Notes under the pieces: generated by a model
The model's input: only the letters and a program-made list of their open reading frames with translations
Databases searched by the model: none
What the model was told of the DNA's origin: nothing
Shown here: positions 8,742-16,812 of the stretch, piece after piece
Numbering within the stretch: the first letter of the stretch is position 1
Layout of the letters: every line of letters starts with the position of its first letter
Program-made: the position numbers and the translations under genes
Source of the DNA: Spirochaetota bacterium
Lineage (GTDB): Bacteria > Spirochaetota > Spirochaetia > Treponematales > UBA12059
Direction: 5' to 3'
Length of the DNA: 55,431 nucleotides
Assembly (NCBI GenBank): GCA_003247225.1
Contig: QKAK01000162.1
Coordinates: forward strand, 1-55,431

Positions 8742-9276
8742 CGCTGCTAACGCTCCCTTTCGCCGCCCGGTCGAGTATCTCGAAGCCCATATCGACGAGG
8801 AACGAGTTCTCGCACATGTCCAGGCGGATCTTCGCGCGACGCTTGCGCGTATCGACCCTGACGATCAGGCCTTCGAGCCCCTTGAGCGGGCCCTCGACGA
8901 CGACGATGCGATCGTCGGCGTCGAAACGTACCTTCGATATATCGGCAACTTTCCCGAACGACATGAAATGGGCGAGCAGCCTCCTGTCCTTCTCCTTGAC
9001 CGGCCGCGGCGCGACGTTGTTCGGGAGCGCGCGCACGAAGTTCCTCGAGCCGCGCAGTATCCAGCGCTGCTCGTCGCTCAGGCGGTCGGCCTCGACGGCG
9101 ATGAAGACGTAGCCGGGGAACAGGGGGCGTACCTCGCGGCGTATCTTGCCCGCCCGACGCACGTCGAGCGCCCGTTTCGGTACCATCGCCGCGGCGTCGA
9201 GGCGCGGATCGGACGATAGCGCGTCGGCGAAATCGTCCTCTTTGCCGGTCCATACCTGTACGGCGAAATACTCCAT
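8716..9276 (-). CDS. loaP: NusG-paralog antiterminator, LoaP/UpxY-like
   Basis: YFAVQVWTGKE, PLFPGYVF NGN domain and KOW motif VVEGPLKGLEGLIVRVDTRKRRAKI. Start set at ATG 9276 behind GGAGGGG. Confidence 0.85.
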   Translation of the reverse strand: MEYFAVQVWTGKEDDFADALSSDPRLDAAAMVPKRALDVRRAGKIRREVRPLFPGYVFIAVEADRLSDEQRWILRGSRNFVRALPNNVAPRPVKEKDRRLLAHFMSFGKVADISKVRFDADDRIVVVEGPLKGLEGLIVRVDTRKRRAKIRLDMCENSFLVDMGFEILDRAAKGSVSSDGEHPGQS

Positions 9277-9280
9277 TACC

Positions 9281-9335
9281 CCTCCGTGATCGCCGTTCCG
9301 CCCGCTGAACGAACCGCGTAAGGCTATCACGAAGG
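9281..9335 (-). promoter_or_regulatory. Long 5'-leader hairpin that includes the loaP Shine-Dalgarno
   Basis: mRNA CCUUCGUGAU...AUCACGGAGG (10 bp, one G-U pair) plus inner GCC/GGC and CGC/GCG stems. Confidence 0.5.
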
Positions 9336-9377
9336 ATCGAGGGCCGGCAAGGCTGAGAGCCGAACAGACGATACGCC

Positions 9378-9405
9378 TAAATCAAGCCGCCCGCCTGGCC
9401 GATAT
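9378..9405 (+). promoter_or_regulatory. Putative sigma-28 (FliA) promoter
   Basis: TAAA-N16-GCCGATAT, 15 nt upstream of the ATG at 9421. Confidence 0.6.
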
Positions 9406-9420
9406 ACCAAGAAGAAAAGG

Positions 9421-9948
9421 ATGCGAACGATGAGAAGACTCGCGATAGCTGCTTTCATAGCGCTGGCGGCGACCGTCCCGGGCCTGGTCGCTCAGACCGT
9501 CGAGGTCTCGATGATGGAGAAGGGCGCCCCCGCGGAGGGGGCCTCGTCGCGATCGTCCGAGCTCGTCATCGCCGGCATCCTCGACGGGCTGTTCGAGTCG
9601 GGCTTCATCGCGACGAACGCCAGGCCGACGAGCGGCGACGACGCGGCGTTCGAGGCGTTCTCGCCCGGGGACGACTCGGTCGAGGGTTTCGTCGACTTCG
9701 TCATCCTGGTGCTGGCCGACTACGCCGGCGAGGCAGCCGTACCGGCCTGCAGGTTCAGGGTGCTCGGCGTGCCCGGCGGCGACGAGCTCGGCCGCGGCGA
9801 GGTCCCCGCGGCGGCGCCGGCGTCCGCGGCGGCCGACGATATAGAGGAAGCGTGCATGGCCGTCGGATCGGCCATTTCAGCCGCCTGCGGCGGCGCGTTG
9901 CGGAGCGTCAGCGCTTCGCGGAGGGATGACGGATATGAAGAGGCATAG
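9421..9948 (+). CDS. Hypothetical exported protein
   Basis: Signal-peptide-like N-terminus (RRLAIAAFIALAA); coding-like composition; overlaps the start of the next gene. Confidence 0.7.
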   Translation: MRTMRRLAIAAFIALAATVPGLVAQTVEVSMMEKGAPAEGASSRSSELVIAGILDGLFESGFIATNARPTSGDDAAFEAFSPGDDSVEGFVDFVILVLADYAGEAAVPACRFRVLGVPGGDELGRGEVPAAAPASAAADDIEEACMAVGSAISAACGGALRSVSASRRDDGYEEA

Positions 9949-12298
9949 TATCGCGTTGACGCTCGGCCTGGCGGCTCTCGTCGCCCTCGCGTCGGCTTCG
10001 TCATGGGAAGGCAGCGCGATGATGGGCGCCTACGGCGATTTCCCGTCGTCCGGCTACTACGCCGCGTGCAACTCCTTCGCGCGCAATACCTCCGTCGACG
10101 TGGTCAACCTCGAGAACGGCCGCTCGGTCACGGTCATCGTGACGCGCGGCCTCGAGAGCTCCGGCGTCTTCATGATGCTGTCGGTCGAGGCCGCGGAGGC
10201 GATCGGGCTGCAGCGGGGCGGCGTGACGAGGGTCAGGGCCTCGGAGCCGCGCAGCGCGGTCGAGCTGGCCCCTTCCTCCGGGACGAGCGCCTCGATGGAC
10301 CCCGATATCAACCCGCGCCTCCTGGCGGCCGCCGAGCTCAAGCGGCTCGGCTACGAACTGGCCCCGGCGGCTCCGTCCGCCTCCATGCAGCCGGCTGTCT
10401 CCGCCGTCCGCGTCGAGCCCGCGGCCCCGGCCGGGACCGCCCCGAAGGTCGCCGAACCGGCCGCTCCGGCCTCCTCCGCGGCCTCGGTTCCGCCCGCCGT
10501 CGTCGCCGAGGCTAAGCCTAAGGACGCCGCGCCCGCCGTCGCCGCGCCTCCGCCGAAGGCCGCCGAGCCTTCGGCCATCAGTCGCGAGGCTCCGGCCGCC
10601 GCGCCCGCGCCGAGCCGCGCGGCCATAGCCGAGCCCAAGCCGGTCGGCAAGGAAACGCCAGAATCGCTCGCCTCGTCCAAGCCGAGGCCGGTCCGCACGA
10701 TAGTACTGCCTCAGTTACCCGAACCCGATAGCCCGTCGGCCAAGGCGCCGGCGCCGGCGGCCGCTCCTGAGCCTCCCGCCGTATCGGCTCCGGAGGCGGT
10801 GGCGATGTCGCTCCCCGTGCCCGACGAGACTCCCCTGCGCGTAGCGGTCGGCGCGACCCCTAAGCGCTATGAATCGCCCGCTTCCAGGCCTGACGTGGCC
10901 GTGCGCGGCCCGTCCGCCCCGGCGGTACGCGTGCCGGCCATAGCCCTGGCGGATCCGGTGACCGTCTCCGAGGCCAGGGCGGCGGCCTTCGCGCTGTCCG
11001 CGCCTAAGCTCTATAGGCCGACAGCCGGCGCCGACCTGCGCGATCCGGTCGTTCCCTCGTCCGAAGGCGCCAGCGCGCTGGCGCTGAGCTCGCCGTCTCG
11101 CGCGTCGTACGACGGATCGTACGCCATGTACGACCCCGCCGTCCCGGACGCCGAGCCGGCGGAGGCCTTCGCCCGCGCGGCGCCCGCGTACGGCGCCGGC
11201 CGGCTCGGTCTCGAGCTGGCCTGGCCCGAGCTCGAGGCCGACGAGATACCCGAGGTCATGCTGGCCGGCCTGAGCGCGCCGGCCTACGAGATACCGGCGA
11301 CCAGCCTGGCCGAGGGCGAGATCGTCCTGCCCGCGTCGGTCGGCCCGTCCGCCCTGGCGCTCGAGACGCCGGAGTTCGGCGCCGCCGAGACCTACGTCGC
11401 TATGGAAGACGCCGAGCTAGAGCCCGAGGAAACCCCGAGCGTGGATACGCCGAGCGGCCTGGGACCCTACGGCGAGGACCTCGCGGTCGAGCTGGCCGAG
11501 GCCGAGGGGAAGCCCGAGGAAGGCCCCGTCGTCGACGTGGCCGCGGGCATAGCTCCGTTCGGCGACGAGTCGGTGGAGCTGGCCGAGGCCGGAAGGCAGC
11601 CGGCGGTCGACGAGGCGGCCGGGCTCGATCCCTACGCCGAAGGCGCGGCGGTCGAGCTGGCCGAGGCGGGAAGCCAGCCGGCCATAGACGAGGCGGCCGG
11701 GCTCGATCCTTACGCCGAGAAGGCCGAGGTGGCGCTCAGCGAGGCCGAGGCAACGGCGGCCGGCGGCCCCGAGGCGGAGGCGATGGCCGCCGGTACGCCG
11801 GTCGACGGCGCCGCCGGCGTCGCGCTGGCCGACGCCTCGGAGCATAAGCCCGAGACCGCCCCCTACGTGGCCGAGCCGGCCGAGGGGAAGGCGCCGGCCG
11901 TAGCGCTCGACTCGCCCAAGGAGTATATCGTAGCGATCGAGCCGACCGGCCCGAAGCCGCCCGCCTCGACGGCTCCGGCCGCCGAGGCCAAGCCCGCCGA
12001 GGCCAAGGCGACGGTCGCTCCGGCGACTGCAGCCCCGGCCGCGACGGTCGTCTCGGGCGCGCTCGAGAAGGGCCGTTACTATATCCAGATAGGGGCGTTC
12101 GCGAGCGAGGCGGCCGCGAAGGACGCGGCGTCGCGCCTGAGCGTAGGCTACCTGGTGCTGATCCAGCAGGCGACGAGCCGCGGCAAGGATACCTGGAAGG
12201 TGTTCATCGGCCCGCTCTCCCGGGACGAGAGCGGCGTGGCGCTCGTGCGCGTGCGCTCGATGGGCTACCGCGACGCCTTCGTCAAGAGCGGCGGCTGA
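9935..12298 (+). CDS. RlpA-like (DPBB) plus C-terminal SPOR domain protein with long Pro/Ala/Glu-rich repeat linker
   Basis: Signal peptide; 'VDVVNLENGRSVTVIV...LSVEAAEAIG' RlpA-like domain; C-terminal 'YYIQIGAF...VFIGP...GYRDAFV' SPOR domain. ATG 9935 has better RBS spacing than 9926. Confidence 0.8.
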   Translation: MKRHSIALTLGLAALVALASASSWEGSAMMGAYGDFPSSGYYAACNSFARNTSVDVVNLENGRSVTVIVTRGLESSGVFMMLSVEAAEAIGLQRGGVTRVRASEPRSAVELAPSSGTSASMDPDINPRLLAAAELKRLGYELAPAAPSASMQPAVSAVRVEPAAPAGTAPKVAEPAAPASSAASVPPAVVAEAKPKDAAPAVAAPPPKAAEPSAISREAPAAAPAPSRAAIAEPKPVGKETPESLASSKPRPVRTIVLPQLPEPDSPSAKAPAPAAAPEPPAVSAPEAVAMSLPVPDETPLRVAVGATPKRYESPASRPDVAVRGPSAPAVRVPAIALADPVTVSEARAAAFALSAPKLYRPTAGADLRDPVVPSSEGASALALSSPSRASYDGSYAMYDPAVPDAEPAEAFARAAPAYGAGRLGLELAWPELEADEIPEVMLAGLSAPAYEIPATSLAEGEIVLPASVGPSALALETPEFGAAETYVAMEDAELEPEETPSVDTPSGLGPYGEDLAVELAEAEGKPEEGPVVDVAAGIAPFGDESVELAEAGRQPAVDEAAGLDPYAEGAAVELAEAGSQPAIDEAAGLDPYAEKAEVALSEAEATAAGGPEAEAMAAGTPVDGAAGVALADASEHKPETAPYVAEPAEGKAPAVALDSPKEYIVAIEPTGPKPPASTAPAAEAKPAEAKATVAPATAAPAATVVSGALEKGRYYIQIGAFASEAAAKDAASRLSVGYLVLIQQATSRGKDTWKVFIGPLSRDESGVALVRVRSMGYRDAFVKSGG
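11573..11728 (+). repeat. Tandem 78-bp (26-aa) intragenic duplication, with more degenerate copies either side
   Basis: VELAEAGRQPAVDEAAGLDPYAEGAA / VELAEAGSQPAIDEAAGLDPYAEKAE start at 11573 and 11651. Confidence 0.9.
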
Positions 12299-13487
12299 TA
12301 GGGGCGCCGGCCCTCGGCGGACGACGGCCCGCGTAGACCATGACGGCCTGCGCGGCCGCCCCGGCCGCGAGCGTCAGGGCCAGGCCGACGAACACCGGCG
12401 GCATCGATAGCGCCTGGTAGACGAAGCCGCCGCTGACCGATCCGCTTATCTGCCCGAAGGTCAGGACCGACTCGTGGACGCTCGCCCGCTTATCGCGGTC
12501 GGGCGCCCCGCTCACTCCGTAGAAGAGCGAGTTGTTGTATACCATGGCCTGTAGCAGCCCGACGACCGTGAAGCCGACAGCGAAGCCCGCCGCGTTCCTG
12601 GCGGCGGCCAGCAAGCCGACCGATACGGCCGCCGCGATCGACAGCGCGGGGATGGCCGCGCGCTTGAACTGCCAGAACGTCAGCCTGCCGAGCGCCAGGA
12701 AGCCGACCGTCGTGGCGGCGGCGCGTATCGTCAGCGCGAGGCCTATCGTCGACTCGTTCATGCCCAGCTCGTCGCTGGCGAACACCGGGAACACGTTGAT
12801 CACGACGCCCATCACCGCGTAGACGAGGAACACGCCGAGCCAGGCCGGGTAGCGGAGCGGCGTCGAGCGGTCGACCGCGGCTTCCGCGTCGGCTGCCTCG
12901 GGCTCTTCCCCCGCGTCGTAGCGGACGAACAGCCTCGAGACGGTGACGAAGGCGGCGTTGACGATGAACAGGGCCACGGCGACGACTATGGGCAGGAGCT
13001 TGCCGCGCTCCGACAGGAGGCCGGCCATATAGGAGCTTATGATGCCGCCTATGCTCCACGAGAAGCTGAACAGGCTGGTCGCCCGGTTGAGCTCGGCGCC
13101 CTCGTAGCCCTTCGATAGCCAGCCCATCACCGGAGGCCAGAAGAACGCGGTTAGGAGGCCGAAGCACGCGTACGAGGCGAAGGCCTGCCACAGGCCCGGG
13201 TAGGCCAGGAACGCCGACACCGCGGCCGCGCTGCCCAGGAGCATGACGGTCATGGCCGTCCTCGGCCTCAGCCTACCGGCCGGGACGCGCAGGACGATGC
13301 AGCCTATCAGGTAGGCCGTCGACCAGAGCGCGCCGAGCGACGCCACGAGGCCCGGGCCGGCGCCGAACAGGTCCTTGACGACGAATAGCATGCCGAGCGA
13401 CATGCAGCCGACGGCCAGGCTGTTGATGAACGCCGACGGGAGTATAACGGCCATCTTCCCGGAAATGAAACCAGAGCCTCTCGGCAT
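12282..13487 (-). CDS. MFS transporter
   Basis: About 12 hydrophobic segments in two halves with a central hydrophilic loop; 401 aa. Confidence 0.85.
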   Translation of the reverse strand: MPRGSGFISGKMAVILPSAFINSLAVGCMSLGMLFVVKDLFGAGPGLVASLGALWSTAYLIGCIVLRVPAGRLRPRTAMTVMLLGSAAAVSAFLAYPGLWQAFASYACFGLLTAFFWPPVMGWLSKGYEGAELNRATSLFSFSWSIGGIISSYMAGLLSERGKLLPIVVAVALFIVNAAFVTVSRLFVRYDAGEEPEAADAEAAVDRSTPLRYPAWLGVFLVYAVMGVVINVFPVFASDELGMNESTIGLALTIRAAATTVGFLALGRLTFWQFKRAAIPALSIAAAVSVGLLAAARNAAGFAVGFTVVGLLQAMVYNNSLFYGVSGAPDRDKRASVHESVLTFGQISGSVSGGFVYQALSMPPVFVGLALTLAAGAAAQAVMVYAGRRPPRAGAPISRRS

Positions 13488-13584
13488 GCGTCCCGCCTTC
13501 GGGCCCGCGACGGGGCCCGATCAAACCGTAGTTCGGCAGGGCCCCGCGGGTCAAGCGGGATCCTCCGGCCTATCGCCTTCGACA

Positions 13585-13613
13585 TTGACCGGAGGGGCCG
13601 GCGCGTCTACAAT
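13585..13613 (+). promoter_or_regulatory. Sigma-70 promoter of ligA
   Basis: TTGACC-N17-TACAAT. Confidence 0.65.
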
Positions 13614-13660
13614 GCCGCTTGCGCCGACGGCGCTGAGAACGACACGCGAGGCGGGCGGCC

Positions 13661-15592
13661 ATGGCATCCGATGAAGCACGGAAGGCGAGGATAGGGGAGC
13701 TCGAGCGGCTCGTCGTCCATCACCAGGACCTCTATTACAACGGCGGGCCCGAGCTCTCGGACGCCGAATTCGACGCGCTCTGGGACGAGCTGTCGGCCCT
13801 GGCGCCCGACAGCCCGGTACTGGCCAGGGTGGGCGCCGACGCGGCCGACGGCTTCCCCAAGGCCAGGCACGTGCTGCCGATGGGCAGCCAGGCCAAGGCG
13901 GCCGATCCCGAGGAATTCCTGGCCTGGTGCGCCAAGGTCTCGCTGCCTGAGTACGTCGTGGAGTACAAGCTCGACGGCGCCAGCCTCGAGCTGCAGTACG
14001 AGTCCGGACGGCTGGTCCGCGCCGTCACTCGCGGCGACGGCAGCGTCGGCGACGACGTCACCCCGAACGCGCGCCGCATGATCGGCGTGCCCGCGGCCCT
14101 GCCCGGCGCCTGGAGCGGCGCCGTCCGCGGCGAGGTCGTCATGTCCAAGGCCACCCACCGCGACCACTTCCCGGATAAGGCGAACTGCAGGAACGCCGCG
14201 AACGGCATCATGAAACGCAAGGACGGCGTCGGGGCCGAGCGGCTCGAGGTGGTCTGCTACGACGCGGCGCCGAGCGGCCTGTACGACGGCGAGTCGGGCG
14301 GGCTGTTCGCGCCGGCCCCCGAGCCGCCCTTCGACGACGAGCTCGACAAGATAGCCTGGCTGCGGGCCGCCGGCTTCGAGGTAGCCGAGCCCGAGGTCTT
14401 CGCCGAGCCGTACGAAGTGGTCGACTACCGCGCCCGCGTGATGGACGCCCGCGAGTCGCTGCCGTTCGACATCGACGGCCTCGTCGTCAAGGCCAGGAAG
14501 GTCGACGTCGACGACATGAGGCGCGCCCGGCCCGAGCGCCAGATAGCCTTCAAGTTCCCGCTCGAGGAGGCGACGACGACCCTCGTCGACGTAGAGTGGA
14601 GCGAGTCAGGCGCGAACTACACGCCGGTCGGCGTCATCGAGCCGGTCAGGCTCGCGGGCACGACCGTCAGGCGCGCCAGCCTGGCCAACCTGAGCGTGCT
14701 GCGCGGCATGGGCCTCAGGCTAGGCGCCAGGGTGGCCGTCGTCAAGCGCGGCGAGATCATCCCGAAGATCGAGGGCCTCGTCGAGGACCTCCCCGGCAGC
14801 CGCGAGATACCCGTGCCGGAGACCTGCTCGTGCGGCGCGGCGCTCGCCGACGACGGCACCAGGCTGTACTGCCCGAACGCCGCCTGCCCCAAGAAGCGGC
14901 TGCACCGGCTCGAGAAATGGCTGGCCACGCTCGACGTCATGGAATTCGGCTCGACCATACTGCGCCGGCTGTTCGATTCGGGCAGGGTGACGACGATCGC
15001 CGACCTGTACGGGCTCGAGGTAGGCGAGCTGGCCTCGTACGAGCGCATGGGCGAGGCGAGCGCCACCAAGATAGTCCAGAACCTGCGCGCCCGCGACAGG
15101 GTGACGCTCGCCGAGTTCGTGGCCGGCTTCGACATCGAGGGCCTCGGGCTCCTGTCGATGGAGAAGGCCCAGGCGGCCGGTTTCGATACCCTGGAGAAAC
15201 TGCGGGCCGCCACGCCCGAGGAGCTGTCCGGCATAGACGGCTTCGGCGACGTCATGGCCGAGGCTCTGGCGGCCGGTCTCGTCGAGCTGCGCGACGAGAT
15301 GGACGCCGCGCTGGCGACCGGCAGGATCGCCGTCAGCGCTCCGGCCGCGTCGGGCGGGGCGCTCGCCGGGCTGTCGTTCTGCTTCACCGGCGAGCTGACG
15401 TCGATGAAGCGCTCGAGGGCGCAGGCCGTCGTCAAGGCCCTCGGCGGATCGGTCAAGAGCTCGGTGGCCAAGGGCCTGTCGTACCTGGTGACCAACGACC
15501 CGTCGTCCGGCTCGGAGAAGAGCCGCAAGGCGGCGGCGCTCGGCGTCGAGGTGATAGACGAGCGGGCCTTCCTGGCGATGATAGGCTCGTAG
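13661..15592 (+). CDS. ligA: NAD-dependent DNA ligase
   Basis: YY..G...SDAEFD, active site EYKLDG, TRGDG, RGEV, IDGLVVK, Zn finger, HhH repeats and BRCT (FCFTGEL). Confidence 0.97.
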   Translation: MASDEARKARIGELERLVVHHQDLYYNGGPELSDAEFDALWDELSALAPDSPVLARVGADAADGFPKARHVLPMGSQAKAADPEEFLAWCAKVSLPEYVVEYKLDGASLELQYESGRLVRAVTRGDGSVGDDVTPNARRMIGVPAALPGAWSGAVRGEVVMSKATHRDHFPDKANCRNAANGIMKRKDGVGAERLEVVCYDAAPSGLYDGESGGLFAPAPEPPFDDELDKIAWLRAAGFEVAEPEVFAEPYEVVDYRARVMDARESLPFDIDGLVVKARKVDVDDMRRARPERQIAFKFPLEEATTTLVDVEWSESGANYTPVGVIEPVRLAGTTVRRASLANLSVLRGMGLRLGARVAVVKRGEIIPKIEGLVEDLPGSREIPVPETCSCGAALADDGTRLYCPNAACPKKRLHRLEKWLATLDVMEFGSTILRRLFDSGRVTTIADLYGLEVGELASYERMGEASATKIVQNLRARDRVTLAEFVAGFDIEGLGLLSMEKAQAAGFDTLEKLRAATPEELSGIDGFGDVMAEALAAGLVELRDEMDAALATGRIAVSAPAASGGALAGLSFCFTGELTSMKRSRAQAVVKALGGSVKSSVAKGLSYLVTNDPSSGSEKSRKAAALGVEVIDERAFLAMIGS

Positions 15593-15616
15593 GCCGAACC
15601 GGCGGGCTACCGCTCG

Positions 15617-15645
15617 TTGCGTTCGGCTCGAACCCGTCCTATAGT
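15617..15645 (+). promoter_or_regulatory. Sigma-70 promoter, leaderless-type, of the ErcA-like gene
   Basis: TTGCGT-N17-TATAGT, 6 nt before the ATG at 15652; no SD. Confidence 0.6.
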
Positions 15646-15651
15646 ACTAGT

Positions 15652-16812
15652 ATGAGCCAGCGGTACGCGATGAGGAAGTTCGTGGTCCCCGAGACCGTAT
15701 TCGGCGACGGCGCGGCCGACCTGGCCGGCCGCTACGCCAAGAACCTCGGCGCGACGCGGCCCTTGCTCGTCAGCGACCCCGGCCTCGTCGCCGCGGGTTG
15801 GACCGCCGCGGCCGAGGCCGCCTGCGAGGCCGAAGGGCTCGAGCCGGTCGCGTTCGCCGAGGTCAGCCCGAACCCGCGCTCGACCGAGGTCCGCCGCGGC
15901 GTCGAGGCCTTCAAGGACGGCGGCTGCGACGCGGTCGTCGTCGTAGGCGGCGGCAGCCCGATGGACGCCGCGAAGGGCATCGTCGCGTCGGTCGCCAACG
16001 GCGTCGACGTACTGGCCTTCGAGGGCGTCGACAAGGTCAGGCTCCCCGGGCCGCCGCTCGTCTGCGTCGCGTCGACCGCCGGCACCGGCTCGGAGGTGTC
16101 GCGCTTCGCTATCATCAACGACGTCGACCGCAACGTGAAGATCGCCATCGTCAGCCCAAAGATGGTCCCCGACGCGGCCCTCGTCGACCCGAGGCTGCTG
16201 ACGACCGTGCCGACCGAGCTGGCCGCGGCGACCGGCATGGACGCGCTGACCCACGCCTTCGAGGCCTACGCGTCGACCGCTTCGTCGGCCCTTACGGACC
16301 TCGACGCGCGCTACGCCGTCCGGCTGATCGCCTCCAACCTGGCCAGGCTGATAGCCGATCCCCTCGACGGCGAGGCCCGCGGCGCGATGGCCCTGGCCAG
16401 CATGCTGGCGGGGCGCGCGTTCTCGAACGCCGGCCTCGGGGTCGTGCACGCGATGGCCCACGCGCTCGGCGGCCTCCTGGACGCGCCCCACGGCCTATGC
16501 AACGCGCTGCTCCTCGACGCCGGCATCGAGGTCAACTTCGAGGCGGCGGGGGAGCGCTACGCCGACCTGGCGATAGACCTGGGCGCCTCGCCCGAGGACC
16601 TGGCTTCAGTCGGCGCCAGGGCCTGCGTGCTCGAGCGGGTGCGGTCGCTCCGGGCCGAGGTAGGCGTGCTTCCCGGCCTATCGGGCATCGGGGTATCGCG
16701 GTCCGACCTCGCCCGGCTGGCCGGCTTCGCCGCTAGGGACGCCTGCCTGGCCACCAATCCGGTGCCCTTATCGGCGGCCGAGATCGAGCGGATCTATGAG
16801 CGTGCGCTCTGA
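15652..16812 (+). CDS. Iron-containing alcohol dehydrogenase, ErcA-like
   Basis: MRKFVVPETVFG N-terminus, GGGSPMDAAK, TAGTGSEV, GMDALTHAFE, HAMAH..GG..DAPHG. The upstream part of the 14596 ORF is only a shadow of ligA. Confidence 0.9.
   Translation: MSQRYAMRKFVVPETVFGDGAADLAGRYAKNLGATRPLLVSDPGLVAAGWTAAAEAACEAEGLEPVAFAEVSPNPRSTEVRRGVEAFKDGGCDAVVVVGGGSPMDAAKGIVASVANGVDVLAFEGVDKVRLPGPPLVCVASTAGTGSEVSRFAIINDVDRNVKIAIVSPKMVPDAALVDPRLLTTVPTELAAATGMDALTHAFEAYASTASSALTDLDARYAVRLIASNLARLIADPLDGEARGAMALASMLAGRAFSNAGLGVVHAMAHALGGLLDAPHGLCNALLLDAGIEVNFEAAGERYADLAIDLGASPEDLASVGARACVLERVRSLRAEVGVLPGLSGIGVSRSDLARLAGFAARDACLATNPVPLSAAEIERIYERAL

Noticed and set aside
14596-15651. Apparent 738-aa ORF, i.e. 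a long N-terminal extension on the Fe-ADH
   Set aside because: The extension is an Arg-rich off-frame shadow of ligA. The real start is ATG 15652, directly after a promoter.
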